Of a DNA stretch of 64,000 nucleotides, positions 12,935 to 25,202 are shown piece by piece. The notes under the pieces are model-generated. The model ran no database searches. It saw only the letters and a program-made list of their open reading frames with translations, and was not told the origin of the DNA. The translations under genes were made by a program, and so were the position numbers. Where the stretch lies: NCBI GenBank assembly GCA_965603825.1, contig CBFDEM010000029.1, forward strand, positions 248,001 through 312,000, given 5' to 3'. This DNA comes from Blepharisma stoltei ATCC 30299. Lineage: Eukaryota > Protista > Ciliophora. Position 1 is the first letter of the stretch; each line of letters starts with the position of its first letter.

Positions 12935-13278
12935 GATAAGTTAGATTTAGGGGGTCTCTGAGGTTATCTAAACTCTTATACGTCTTGCCAGCTTCAGGTT
13001 TCTTGTTCTAAGCATCGGGTAGTACTCATGTCATTTAAATTGGTGTCGCCATATTTGAGGAGGCTCAGATGCCTCCTCCTAGCTGCCGGCGTGAACTTTG
13101 CCCTGGATGGGTCGAGGTAAAAATCCTGCTATGGAGTCCCAATCAGAAAAAACCCACTCTGATAACAGTATTCCAGTGTTTTTCTCGCCTTTTTCTATCA
13201 GGTTGACTTCAGGTCGCAGCTATGTCTTCAAACTCTGAAAATTCCTGAAGAAGGACGGCCAGTACCTAGCCATTTTTT
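12935..13278. other. GC-enriched island of unknown function (structured ncRNA or cryptically spliced small gene)
   Basis: Visibly GC-richer than its flanks, with several stems (GAGGAGGC/GCCTCCTC; CTTCAGG/CCTGAAG long-range) and no uninterrupted full-length ORF. Confidence 0.35.
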
Positions 13279-13449
13279 GTGTATAAAATCTAGAAAAAGC
13301 CTATTTTAATGAAAAAGTTTAGCTTAATTGTAGAGATAAACTGTAGATTAATTTCATAAGTTAGGCATTGAGATTATTTAAACAGAGTAAAGCCTTATCC
13401 AGTAAATAATATTAGTTATGATGGGAGTTTAACTTTTTAATTATCCCTT

Positions 13450-13887
13450 TTAGTTATATCTCGGTGAAGATCTTGAAATTCCTCCTCCAATCGGCTCTTC
13501 TAAAGCAGGGCTCTTGTTGACCATGTCAAACTTATCATGTTTCCAGAATGATTTTTGGTTCTTTTTCTCTGGGTCATCTTTTCTTGATTTTTCAGCAAAA
13601 TTTATCTCTGTGTCAATTCAAGATTCAGCAGCTGGCTCCTGAGGCTGAGTTTTTTTTGCTTTTTCTTCTGGGAATAATTTGTCATCCCACGCTCTTAGTC
13701 CTGCGCTTGCTTTATTACCTCTTCCTCTGATAGCAGGCTTATCATCATTTGTTATTTTTTCTTTGCTTCTTTTGTTTTCTCTATTTCTGTCTCTATTAAA
13801 TTCCCTTTCTCTGCTGCGGCTTCTTCTTCTCCGGTGAGAGCGCTCATATTTTTTGTCTCTGTATCCATCATCTTCACTATGCCCCAT
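13450..13887 (-). CDS. Arg/Ser-rich protein with Btz/CASC3-like WKHDKF motif (145 aa)
   Basis: RS-rich N-terminus, IRGRG, read-through of TGA 13618 to FWKHDKFD, TAA at 13450-13452. Confidence 0.65.
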
Positions 13888-14241
13888 ATATTTTCTAGAA
13901 TAATTCTTTTAATAAGAAAATAGATTAATTTGAAAATAAAAATAATGATTTTTGAAAGGAATACAAATTATCCCTTTTCTTTAATAGGCTTACGATTTTA
14001 CTGTTCTTTTAGTTTTCTGGTATCTAACCTTTCAATTCTTTTAAAATACTCAATGAATTTGCTTTTTGAAGGTTAAAAATAATTGTGAATCAAGCCCAGC
14101 AGTAGTATGATTAAAAACAATTGGATTTGTTGATAATAAAATATAAAAATTGGAAAAATAATAAAATGATTTATATCAAAAAGACAATAATTATTCAAAA
14201 CTAATCAATTTAAAGATATCATATTAAAGGATGCATAAGTT

Positions 14242-14285
14242 GACTGTTTGGCCGAGTGGTCTAAGGCGGTAGCTTTAGGCGCTAT

Positions 14286-14316
<31 letters not shown>

Positions 14317-14321
14317 AGTCA
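14242..14321 (+). tRNA. tRNA-Leu (anticodon UAG)
   Basis: Acceptor GACTGTT/AGCAGTC, D-arm GCCGAGTGGTCTAAGGC, anticodon arm GTAGC-TTTAGGC-GCTAT, long variable arm, GGTTCAAATCC, discriminator A, then a T6 Pol III terminator. Confidence 0.95.
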
Positions 14322-14413
14322 TTTTTTATTCCCTTATTTCTCTTCAAAAACTTTTCACCTCCCCTTATATTCTATTCCTTATTCCTAACAAAAATTAGAA
14401 GACTTAATCTTAA

Positions 14414-17089
14414 TTAAGCGCACAACTTCCTCAGCACATACGGCAAAATTCCTCCATTTTTGAAATACTCGACCTCTACATCAGTGTCAATTCTTGCAAC
14501 GACTTGAAATTCCGTCCCTTTATCAGTTTTTACGCTGATTTCTTCTTTTACCTTGATATCTCCTCCTTTCAAATTTATTGTGAATTTCTCCTTTCCAGTC
14601 AGACCCAAAGACTCCGCATTTTCGCCTTCTTTAAATTGTAAAGGTAAAACTCCCATACCAATTAAATTAGATCTATGAATTCTCTCATAGCTTTCTGCTA
14701 TAACAGCTCTAATTCCTAATAGCAAAGTTCCTTTAGCAGCCCAATCCCTTGAAGACCCGCTGCCGTATTCTTTTCCAGCCAAAACAATCAGATTTTGGTT
14801 ATTTTTTCTATATTCTTCACTAGCGTCAAATACTGACATTTCTTGTTCTGTAGGGAAATGGACGGTGGTAGGGCCTGGTTTTTCGACAAGCTGATTGATA
14901 AGTCTAATATTGGCAAAGGTTCCTCTTTTCATTACTTCGTCATTTCCTCTTCTTGCTCCATATGTATTGAAATCTGATTGAGAAACCCCTTTTTCTTGTA
15001 AAAATCGGGCAGCAGGGGATGTTTTTCCGATGTTGCCAGCTGGAGAAATGTGGTCAGTTGTGATGGAATCGCCAAGTTTGAGGAGACAGTATGCATCGGT
15101 GATGTCGGGAATTGAGGGGAGATCGTGAGTTAAGCTTTGGAAATAAGGAGGGTTGTGGATGTAGGTGTTTTCAGTCCAGTTGTACATTTCTCCAGTTGGA
15201 GCTTGAAGCTGGTTCCATTTGTCTGTGCCTTGGGCGATTCTTCCGTAGATTTCTTTAAACATTTGTGGCTTGATTACACTGTTAGTGAGGTTTTGCATTT
15301 CTTTTCTGGAAGGCCAGACATCTCTTAAGAAAACATCAGTTCCATTTACATTACCAAGTGGTTCTTTTTCAAAATCGATATCCATTCTTCCTGCCAAGGC
15401 ATATGCCACTACAAGTGGAGGTGACGCTAAATAGTTAGCCCTTGTAAAAGGATTTACACGTCCTTCAAAGTTTCTATTTCCTGACAAAACAGCTGCAGCA
15501 ACTAAATCTCCTTTTGTGATAGCATCAATAACTTCTGGATCTAAATCTCCGCTATTTCCAATACAAGTCATACACCCATACCCTGCATGATAAAATCCTA
15601 GTTCATTCAAAAATGGTAGAACTCCTGCAGCTTCTAGGTATTTACTGACAACTCCTGAGCCTGGGGATAAGCTGGTTTTAATATAAGGCTTCACTTTAAG
15701 CCCTTTTTCAACAGCATTTTTAGCTAAAACTCCTGCAGCAAGCATAACGTCTGGATTTGATGTATTTGTGCAAGACGTAATAGCAGCTATAACAACTGAG
15801 CCATGATTAATTGCATATTCCTGTCCTTTATAAGTTAAGGTTTGTGGGTTTGAAGCAGATTTTAGCCCAAAGCCTTTAAATCCTACAGGGCTTGTTAAGC
15901 ATGATTTAAAGTTTTGCTTTGCGAGAGAAAGAGAGATTTTGTCTTGAGGTCTTTTTGGACCTGCAATACAAGGCTGGACTTCAGAGAGGTCTAGTTCCAT
16001 GATGTCTGAATATTTGGGATCAATTCCAGAGTAATCTCTGAATAATCCTTGAGCTTTTAAGTATGCACTGATATATTGGATTTTTTCTGGGTCTCTGCCT
16101 GTTTGTTCTAAATACTTCAAAGTTTGGTCATCGGCTGGGAAAAAGCCCATTGTAGCTCCATATTCAGGTGCCATGTTAGCAACTGTTGCTTTGTCGGCTA
16201 AACTTAGCTTTCTGCAGCCTTCTCCAAAGAACTCCACAAATTTTCCTACTACTCCTTTCTTTCTAAGCATTTGTGTTATAGTGAGCACCAAATCAGTAGA
16301 AGTAACTTCTTCAGGCAGTTTTCCAGTCAGCTTAAATCCAATCACTTGTGGCAACACCATCGATATTGGCTGGCCAAGCATAACTGCTTCTGCTTCAATT
16401 CCTCCTACACCCCAGCCTACAATCCCCAGCCCATTAATCATTGTGGTATGACTATCAGTCCCAACAAGCGAATCCGGATAAAGCAAGCCATCTTCATTAA
16501 AAACTCCTCTCGCCAAATACTCCAGATTAACCTGATGCACAATTCCTGACCCAGGTGGTACAATCTGTAAATTTTTAAACGCATTTTGTCCCCATTTTAA
16601 GAACTCGAACCTGTCTCGATTTCTCCTGAACTCCATTTCTTCGTTGGTTCTCAGGGCATCTGGCGTCCTGCTTGCATCGACTTGTACTGAGTGATCAATA
16701 ACTAAATCAACAGGACATAAAGGGTTGATTAATCCTGGATTTTTCCCCAGTTTTACTGTGGCATCTCTCATAGCTGCCAAATCCACAACAGCTGGGACGC
16801 CAGTGAAATCTTGTAAAACAACGCGGGCTGGCTTAAAAGGAATTTCTACGTCTAGTTTGCTTTTGTTTTGCCAGTCTAAAATGTTTTCTACGTCTGTACC
16901 TTTGATAGAAAATTCGTCGCAGTTTCGAACAGAAGATTCTAAAAGGACTCTTATGCAGTATGGAAGCTCCAGAACACGAGAATCTTGTAGAGCGGTTAAT
17001 GAAAAATACTGAAGACTGGTGGGAAGGTTGAGATCTTGGACAACATGTTTGAAAGGATTTTTAGTTAGAGAGGAAATCCTTCTCAACAT
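14414..17089 (-). CDS. ACO: Aconitate hydratase (AcnA/IRP type)
   Basis: [54 protein letters not shown]; short basic N-terminus that may be a transit peptide. Confidence 0.97.
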   Translation of the reverse strand: MLRRISSLTKNPFKHVVQDLNLPTSLQYFSLTALQDSRVLELPYCIRVLLESSVRNCDEFSIKGTDVENILDWQNKSKLDVEIPFKPARVVLQDFTGVPAVVDLAAMRDATVKLGKNPGLINPLCPVDLVIDHSVQVDASRTPDALRTNEEMEFRRNRDRFEFLKWGQNAFKNLQIVPPGSGIVHQVNLEYLARGVFNEDGLLYPDSLVGTDSHTTMINGLGIVGWGVGGIEAEAVMLGQPISMVLPQVIGFKLTGKLPEEVTSTDLVLTITQMLRKKGVVGKFVEFFGEGCRKLSLADKATVANMAPEYGATMGFFPADDQTLKYLEQTGRDPEKIQYISAYLKAQGLFRDYSGIDPKYSDIMELDLSEVQPCIAGPKRPQDKISLSLAKQNFKSCLTSPVGFKGFGLKSASNPQTLTYKGQEYAINHGSVVIAAITSCTNTSNPDVMLAAGVLAKNAVEKGLKVKPYIKTSLSPGSGVVSKYLEAAGVLPFLNELGFYHAGYGCMTCIGNSGDLDPEVIDAITKGDLVAAAVLSGNRNFEGRVNPFTRANYLASPPLVVAYALAGRMDIDFEKEPLGNVNGTDVFLRDVWPSRKEMQNLTNSVIKPQMFKEIYGRIAQGTDKWNQLQAPTGEMYNWTENTYIHNPPYFQSLTHDLPSIPDITDAYCLLKLGDSITTDHISPAGNIGKTSPAARFLQEKGVSQSDFNTYGARRGNDEVMKRGTFANIRLINQLVEKPGPTTVHFPTEQEMSVFDASEEYRKNNQNLIVLAGKEYGSGSSRDWAAKGTLLLGIRAVIAESYERIHRSNLIGMGVLPLQFKEGENAESLGLTGKEKFTINLKGGDIKVKEEISVKTDKGTEFQVVARIDTDVEVEYFKNGGILPYVLRKLCA

Positions 17090-17227
17090 ATTAATATATA
17101 GATGTCATTAAATTGGAAGTAATTTATAAACAAATAATAGTAAAGATTTTTAACAGATATTATAAATTAATGATTTTCAATTAAGATTGATTTTGATTCA
17201 AATATATTAAACTGATTATTTTTGAAG

Positions 17228-17512
17228 CTATGCTCGTGCTGATCTAAATTGCTGCTCACTGCTGATAACTTTAATTCTAAATACTGCTCTACAGCAAGGA
17301 CACTTCTCGTTTCCTTCAGACGTCCAATGGCTTATACAATGAAGATGAAAATGATGTGAACATTCTGACTCGATTGGCGCGCAATCATCTCCAGGATTTT
17401 TACAAGTAGGGCACGGTGATTCAAAAGGCAGTAAGCAAATGACACATTGAGGGTCTGGGACATCCCAAGCCCACCTTGCAACTCCAAGTCATTTTTCAAT
17501 TTTTACTTTCAT
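17228..17512 (-). CDS. APC11: Anaphase-promoting complex subunit 11 (RING-H2), 94 aa; absent from the ORF track
   Basis: MKVKIEK-W(TGA)-LGVARWAWD...CVICLLPFESPCPTCKNPGDDC...CSHHFHLHCISHW...CPCCR; TAG stop. Confidence 0.93.
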
Positions 17513-17634
17513 ATTATTTTCTATAGCAAGCCATTATAATTCTTAAATAAATCACCTATATCCGGCTTAACAATTTATCAAATCCAAACTACTCATATAA
17601 AACTTCTATTGAAACCTAATCCATTTTATAATTG

Positions 17635-19227
17635 ATGAGTGCTGCTACAACTAAAGAAAGGACTTTCACAGGGTCAGAAAAATCCAGAAGTGTCAGATCC
17701 ACCAACATCACAGCAGCCAAAGCAGTCGCAGACGCCATAAGAACCTCCTTAGGCCCACGTGGCATGGACAAAATGATCAAAGACTCCAAAGGCGAAGTGA
17801 CCATTACCAATGACGGAGCGACCATTCTTAAACAAATGGAAGTCGTCCACCCCACTGCCAAAATGCTTGTAGAGCTCTCCAAAGCCCAAGACATTGAAGC
17901 TGGTGATGGTACCACCTCAGTTGTGGTATTGGCTGGGTCTCTTTTAAGCTCCTGCAATGCGCTGCTTGACAAAGGCATCCACCCAAGTTTGATTTCTGAC
18001 AGTTTTAAGCTTGCGATTAACAAAGCTTCAGAAGTCCTTGAAGAAATGTCAATAAAGCTTGACCTAAACGACGAAGAAGCCTTGATAAAAATCGCGTCAA
18101 CTTCTTTAGCTTCCAAAGTTGTCTCACAGCACTCACAAGAGCTGGCTCCAATTGCAGTCAGAGCCGTTATGAATATAGTGAAACCTGACGACGATAATGT
18201 AGATTTGAGGAATATTAAGGTCAGTAAAAAACTAGGAGGGACTGTAGACGATACAGAGCTGGTAAATGGCCTGGTTTTCGCCACAAACCACGCCGCACAT
18301 GCAGCTGGAGGCCCTACCAGAGTAGCAAACCCTAAGATTGGACTGATTCAGTTCTGTTTGTCGTCACCTAAAACTGATATGGAAAACAGCGTCGTTGTGC
18401 ATGATTATCAAGCTATGGACAGAATTTTGAGGGAAGAAAGAAAATATATCGTAGGACTGTGCCAGAAAATAGTCCAAACAGGCTGCAATGTCCTTTTAAT
18501 ACAAAAATCAGTCCTCAGAGACGCTACAAACGATTTGAGCTTGTTTTATTTAGCTAAAAACAAAATTATGGTCATTAAAGATATAGAACGTGATGATGTA
18601 GACTTTATATCAAGAACTCTTGGACTCACCCCAGCTGCTCACGTTGATCAATTTACCCCAGACAAGCTAGGCACAGCTGAGTTATGTGAAGAAGAAACAG
18701 TCGGCGAAGGCAAAATTGTGAGGATCACAGGCGTCCAAAATGACCATCCAAGCGGCAAAACGTCCTCAATTCTTATAAGAGGCTCAAACCAATTGATTCT
18801 TGACGAAGCTGATAGGTCTTTACATGACGCTCTTTGTGTTATAAGAAGTCTTGTCAAGAAAAAAGCTCTTTTACCAGGTGGAGGAGCCCCTGAAACTGAA
18901 ATTTCTATCAGACTAATGGAATTTTCAAGACAGCTTATAGGTGCTGAAGCCATCTGTGTAAGAGCTTTTGCTGAGGCTTTTGAAATAATCCCATACACTT
19001 TAGCAGAAAATGCAGGACTGAGTCCGATTTCACTTGTGACAGAGCTTAGGAATAGACATATTGAAGGAGACAGAAATGCAGGAATTAACGTGAGGAGAGG
19101 AGGGATCACGAATATGTTGGACGAAAATGTGATGCAGCCTTTATTGGTTACATTGAGCGCAGTGAGGTTAGCAACTGAGTGTGTCAGGATGATTCTGAAG
19201 ATTGATGAGGTCGTGATGGTTAGATAA
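17635..19227 (+). CDS. CCT4: T-complex protein 1 subunit delta
   Basis: [50 protein letters not shown] (CCT4-type). Confidence 0.96.
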   Translation: MSAATTKERTFTGSEKSRSVRSTNITAAKAVADAIRTSLGPRGMDKMIKDSKGEVTITNDGATILKQMEVVHPTAKMLVELSKAQDIEAGDGTTSVVVLAGSLLSSCNALLDKGIHPSLISDSFKLAINKASEVLEEMSIKLDLNDEEALIKIASTSLASKVVSQHSQELAPIAVRAVMNIVKPDDDNVDLRNIKVSKKLGGTVDDTELVNGLVFATNHAAHAAGGPTRVANPKIGLIQFCLSSPKTDMENSVVVHDYQAMDRILREERKYIVGLCQKIVQTGCNVLLIQKSVLRDATNDLSLFYLAKNKIMVIKDIERDDVDFISRTLGLTPAAHVDQFTPDKLGTAELCEEETVGEGKIVRITGVQNDHPSGKTSSILIRGSNQLILDEADRSLHDALCVIRSLVKKKALLPGGGAPETEISIRLMEFSRQLIGAEAICVRAFAEAFEIIPYTLAENAGLSPISLVTELRNRHIEGDRNAGINVRRGGITNMLDENVMQPLLVTLSAVRLATECVRMILKIDEVVMVR

Positions 19228-19349
19228 ATAATGAGCTAGATTTATTGCATATCTTTTATTTAATAAAAAAAGCTGATTTTCACATACAAGTTGTGAAATA
19301 ATAAGGGAATTTTCACCATTAAATTGGCTTTTGCTCATCTTTATAATTC

Positions 19350-21164
19350 ATGGAAGGCTACCTTTTAAAATGAACTAACTATGTTTTCGGCTGGCAAAGG
19401 CGGTATTTTATCCTGCATGATGGAGTTCTTCACTACTGCAAAGAAAAAGGATCTTCAAAGCGTGGCGCTATACATCTTGATATTTCGAATGTATTTAAAC
19501 ACCCCAGAAATCCGCTGAGATTTTATATAGACACAGGCTGCACCTCAGTTCATCTCAAAGCGTTTACAGTTTCAGAAGCTGAAGACTGGTATTGGGCTAT
19601 CAGAAGGGAGCAGTCAGACAGAACTGACGCTCCAAGACAAAACCCTAAAGAAATCCCGATATCAGAAATAATTTCAGGCAAAATTGGAGAGATGTGAAGC
19701 GTCCATGCTCAAATTCAGGCCGCAATTGATTTAATTCCTTCTAACATGAAAAAACATATCCCAGGGCTTGACAAGATTATTAGCCTCACTGAACAAATGA
19801 AAATCATAGGTTCAGAAACATTAGGGATTATTGAGGATGCAGAAAAAAACCATTTGAAATTGTGAAATGAGCCTCCTGAAGTCGATATTGGAGGGGTAGA
19901 GTTTGATAAAGTCCAAAAAGAAAGGGTCGAGGCTGGCTATGATATTGGCATTGATGACGACGCAATTGACTTTGTAGATGCTCAGAGCCATATTTCAGAG
20001 AAAATAGAAGAAATTGAAGTGAATTTATTAGTCCCTAATGATTTAATGCCACATAGAAGCTGCTTACCTGTGCTAAGAAACCCTAGACAGAAAATAAATA
20101 TATGAAAAGTCATAAAAGATTCAATAGGACTTGAATTAAGCAGGATTGCAGTGCCTGTATATTTTAATGAGCCCTTGAGCTTTTTACAACGATTTAGTGA
20201 AGATTTGACTTATAGTGAAACCCTTGTAAAAGCAGCCACATGCCCAGACTCCTGCATGAGGCTTGCTTATGTAGCATGCTTTGCTGTATCTTCATACGCA
20301 AGTAATGAAAACAGAACAATGAAGCCTTTTAATCCCTTATTAGGTGAAACCTACGAGTTACAAAGAGATGGGTTTAATTTGATAAGTGAGCAGGTTTCCC
20401 ATCATCCCCCTGTTTCAGCAATTCATGTAGATCATGAAAAGTATTGGTTTTCTGGGATGACACAAGTAAAAACAGCTTTTAAAGGGACTTATCTTGTGGT
20501 TAACCCGAGCGGAACGTTCCATGTAGGCTTGAAGCCATATAATGACCATTTTGTGTGGCAGAAACCTCTGTCTAATGTACACAATATCATTATGGGAAAA
20601 ATTTATCTGGAACATTATGGGACGGTAGAAATGAGCAATATTGCGACTGGGGATAAGGCAGTTATTGAATTGAAGAAGGCGGGGTGGTTTGAAAGGCCTT
20701 CAGGCGAAGTCGCTGGAAGCATTTTAGACGCAAATGGGGTAGAAAAGTACAAAATTTATGGAAAATATAATGAAGGGATGAATATCATAGAGCCCATCAC
20801 TGGGGATACCACAGTTGCATGGAAGCTTTATCCAAATCCTGATGCTTTTGAACACAGTTATTATTTCAGTGATTTTGCTTTGCAGTTAAATTTACCTCCA
20901 GAACTGGTCCCTGGAATAGCCCCTACAGATTCTCGACTGCGCCCAGATCAGCGAGCTCTCGAAAACGGTGACATAAAATTCGCAAGCTCCGAAAAATTCC
21001 GACTTGAAGAAAAGCAAAGAGCAAGCAGAAAAATTTTAGAAGAAACTGGAGAAATTCATCAGCCAAAATGGTTTGAGCAGCGCAATGACGAATGGGTGTA
21101 TAGTGGAGGGTATTGGGAAGACAAAGCCAAAGGCTGCTTTACAGGGTGTCCTGATATATTTTAA
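19350..21164 (+). CDS. Oxysterol-binding protein-related protein (PH plus ORD), 604 aa
   Basis: MEGYLLK-W(TGA)-TNYVFGWQRRYF PH domain; KPFNPLLGETY, EQVSHHPP, PTDSRLRPDQR. Confidence 0.93.
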
Positions 21165-21177
21165 ATTAATAATTTAA

Positions 21178-22437
21178 ATGGCTGATGGACTCAATGATAT
21201 GCTGTTTCATTTATTGTGGACTAAAGATGCGGTTTTTGACTCTATACCAAAGATAATGATACCTCAAACAGTGATTTATAAGTATTATCAGCCAAGGTTT
21301 TGATATTTTACATCTCAGGATGGGACGATAAAGAGAAAATCGAAAGAAAAATTGACCAAGGAGCATATTCAGAGGGAGTTTTTGAAAAAGATTTCACAAT
21401 CAGGGATTGTCGCAGTGTTCTTTTATATATCAAAAGACGAAAGAATTATTGAATATTTGACTGAAAACACCTTTAATGAATTTTTGTACCAGCGGAAAAT
21501 CGAATATGATGGACTTCTCCAGAAATTCGTGGACCCTTATGGACCTAAAAATTTTGCTTTAACGGCAATTTGGACTCCAAGTTTTTGTATGTTTGAGAAA
21601 AAGGAAAACAAGCTCGAGCTCTATAACCAATCTTACGACTTATATGAAAGGGCTACAACTTTTGAAGGAAAAGAATACTATGTAGATGCTATTCCATTAC
21701 GAGGGAGCGACATGCCAAGAAAGCTTCAAGAGCATTGTGACTCTATAGTAACCCATATATCAGCAGTAACCTTCGAAAAAATGAAAATCGCAGGAATGGT
21801 TTTGCACTTCCGGATAGACCAAAATCTAAGACTTTGCCTTCTCTGTGCGACATCATTACGGTTTTTTAATGATTCTCACAAAAACCCAATAAACTTAAGC
21901 TCTGAAATGAATATCCCTGCTATTTTAAACCCAAAAAAACTTACAGTTGACTACAAAAAACCAGCAATTTTGATAAAAAACACGAAATGCGCTATGTGTG
22001 AAGCGATTTTCGAGCCTGATAAAATTGCTAAAATGGACTACAGTATGATAATTTCTCTGTTAAAAAATGAAGAAATTCCTATTATAATTAAAAACATCCA
22101 CCCTAAGCTGAGAATAAATGACTATAAAAGGCTGAAAAATCATGAAAAATTTTTAATGAAAAAAGCGCCATTATGTTTTGACTGTTTTTTATCATTATCT
22201 AAAAATCTATCCTCAAGTGGGGTTTCTAAAAAAGCACCTAGATGTCAGTCTTTCAGTGGAACTGGGCCTTTAAACCCAAGCCGGCTGCAGTCACGAAGAA
22301 ACCGTACAATGTCTTCTCTTATACAAAGCCCAATAGCACGTACCCCAAGTACAGCTTCAACAAGAAATATTTTTTCAACAAGGACAGCTAAGACAGCTGG
22401 AGGTGAATTAATATTAGTTCCATTATCTCCACTTTAA
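21178..22437 (+). CDS. Hypothetical protein (419 aa) with CxxC pairs
   Basis: ATG 21178 is in frame with ORF 21352 through one TGA (PRF-W-YFTSQDG); CAMC and CFDC motifs. Confidence 0.7.
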
Positions 22438-22449
22438 AATGTATTAAAA

Positions 22450-24114
22450 TTAATAACTCTCCATATCAATTAATGCTTGAATAATAGGTAAGTACTCTAA
22501 TTGGGTTTCTCTATTCATCAAGTGCTTTAGATAAGGGTAATATTTATCATATCCAATCTCGTCTTCATTTGCATTGCATTCTTTGATGATTCTGTAGGCT
22601 TCAACGAGGACTTCTTCTCCAAGCTTTTCTTCAAGGTATAGCCTCAGTGCTTCAATTTTGTTATAAGCAGTTTCTACTTCAGGTAAAGGCTGTGATGGCT
22701 GGCTTTCTTCGTCTACTGCAATGTCATCTTCTCTATCAGGTGGGACTACTTCACTTTCAGTTGCCATAGTAGGCTCTTCCTGTGCATCAGACTCTTGTGC
22801 GAGCATAGCTTCTCCCATTTCATAAAGCATGGCATCTTCTTCTTTCTGCTCTTTTTCTTCAGCTCCTACAAACTGGAATTCTTGGGACTGGTTTTTAAGC
22901 TCTTTTTTCCTTCTTCTAATATCGTCTAGCATCATTTTTCTTTCAGCTTCTCTATCAGCATGTTCAGGGTCAGGTGGGGCTTCTTCTTGTTTTTTTGAGC
23001 TCCTCTTTTTTTTGGATTTATTTTCTTGAGGTGCTGGGCTTTTGCTTTCTTCTGACCACGCTGATTTTAGTTTTGGAGTTTTGGCTTCTTTCATAGCTGG
23101 CTGCTGCTCTGGCTCGTTTTTGTTTTCTTCGCCTTGCTCATATCTTTTATCAGGCTTTGGGTTAGATTTGGACATGGCAGGCTTAATTTCGTGAGCAGCT
23201 TCTTCTTGCTGCTGTTGGTCTTTGGCTTCTTCAGCTGGAGGTCTGTAGTTGAAAATGTCCTGATTATGCAAAATTGTATGAGAAAATTCTTCAGCTTTTT
23301 TAGAAGATGATAAAAAGTTTTTAATTCGATTCTGAATTATTGGCTCTTTTAGAATTTGGTGAACTGAAGGTCGACGCTGTGGATCAGTAGCAAGCATTTT
23401 TGCTGTCAAGGCTTTCAAGTCTCTACTATACTGAGCTGGAAGTGCGGGATACACTCCTCTTACAATTTTCAAGGCTAAAAAATGAAGAGATGAGGCATCA
23501 AATGGTGGCTTTAGGCTGCACATCTCGTATAAAAGAACTCCTAACGACCAAATATCGCTTTTAAAGCTGTATGGGCGGTTTTCTATGATTTCAGGAGATA
23601 GGTAATAAGGAGTCCCAACCATTGTTTTTGCATTGTCAGTGGTTTTGCTCAGAACCTTCGCAATCCCAAAGTCACCCAGTTTTACTCTTCCATTGGCTGT
23701 GATGAATATATTTTGACTTTTTAAGTCTCTATGCAAAATCTTCCTGTCATGAATATGCTTGATAGCTAAACAGATCTGGACAAATCAATCTAAAATTACA
23801 TATTCTGGAAAATATTTTCCTTTTTGGTTTTGGATTCTGCTTTGGAGGTCACCACCATCAGCATAGTCCATAACAATACACAGTTTTCCGCGTTTTGTTG
23901 TATAGGCATCTCTGAAGTGGATAATGTTGGGGTGCTCAAGACTTCTTAGTATTAAGGCTTCTTTAACTGTCTCATCTTTTTCTGATGGCGACATTGCTCG
24001 AATATCAATTTGTTTAATTACGCAGAGAGAACGATCACTAGAAGCTTCAACTAAGTAGCATTTCCCAAAGGACCCTTCGCCAAGGAGTCGAACCATTGAG
24101 TATTTTTCACTCAT
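22450..24114 (-). CDS. NIMA-related kinase (NEK1-like)
   Basis: GEGSFG, ILD-W(TGA 23785)-FVQICLAIKHIHDRKILHRDLKSQNIF, GDFGIAK, GTPYYLSPE, and a NEK1-like C-terminal IEALRLYLEEKLG domain. Confidence 0.93.
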
Positions 24115-24507
24115 ATTTATTATATGTAATATATTAAATTAAGATGAGAAACTTTATTAAAGTAAATGATATTAAATAATAAGTCTAAAAGAAAAATGCG
24201 TTATGGAATTATTTTTGTAAAAATTTTTTGGTATAAACCTAGAATTTAATGAGAGACAAATTAAAAAAGAAAAAGTGCATTTTATTGAAAGAATTAAATT
24301 AGGAGTTATTCTATTAATTACGAAATTCAAATTTTATAATTTACTTTAGTAAATATAAAATTTAAAAAATTTTTTCGCATTTGCAATTAGATTAACTAAA
24401 AATTGTCGAAATTATAACCTAATACTTTGTATTCCAATCTCGTAGGCAAATAAACACCATATTGCAAAGTTCGTTTAATTTCGCGGATAATTTTGTAAGT
24501 GAAATTA

Positions 24508-25083
24508 ATGGAAACAACCAAAAAGGCTTTACGGTTAAAGCTATTGGAGCGCAGGAAGTTCATTCACAAAAATTTACTTTCTATTCAAGATCTTTACTAT
24601 GAAAACCTCAGAACCAAAACATTTCCATTACTAAAAGAAAATATTCCACCCCGCTCCCGAATTATTTCAGGGTTTTACCCAATTGGCTCTGAAATTGACT
24701 GCAAATTTATCCTTAGCCTTTTTAAGCAGCAATCATATATTATTTGCCTTCCAGTAGTTATAGGAAAAGATCAGCCACTTATATTTAGAGAATGAGATGG
24801 GGAGGAAAAAAGCCTTGTAGAAGGAATGTACAGAATTAAGGTACCTAATAGTGAAAATCCTATCAGAGTTCCAGACGTAATAATAACACCTTTGGTCGGA
24901 TTTGATTTGAACTTATATAGAATAGGCTACGGTGGAGGATATTATGATAGGACATTTAAAGCTTTTCCAAATTCATTAAGAATAGGGTTGGGCTATTCAG
25001 AGCAGCTAGTAGAAGAGCTCCCGGTTGAAGAAAATGATGTAAAACTTCACGTTATTGTCACTGAGGAAGGAGCGATAAAATAG
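24508..25083 (+). CDS. MTHFS: 5-formyltetrahydrofolate cyclo-ligase
   Basis: KKALR, YPIGSEID, LPVV...PLIFRE-W(TGA), PDVIITPLVGFD, RIGYGGGYYDR; TAG stop. Confidence 0.93.
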
Positions 25084-25202
25084 TTACACATAATAAAATT
25101 TAGATAATTTTTAATAAGAACTTGTAAATGAATCTATATTTTATTTTAAAATTAATTAGCGTAATAATGAATTGTCGTATTTGATTATAAGTTTTAGATA
25201 TC

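Noticed and set aside
12935-13278. Telomerase RNA, SRP RNA or RNase P/MRP assignment
   Set aside because: No CCCTAACA-type template, no SRP helix-8 motif, and only a weak P4-like pairing; left unassigned.
14242-14321. Amber suppressor tRNA
   Set aside because: The anticodon itself is 5'-UAG-3', which reads CUA Leu; a suppressor would have CUA.
15137-19109. Antisense ORFs over aconitase and CCT4 (also over POLD1 and IP3R)
   Set aside because: Shadow frames of real genes, with no recognisable motifs.
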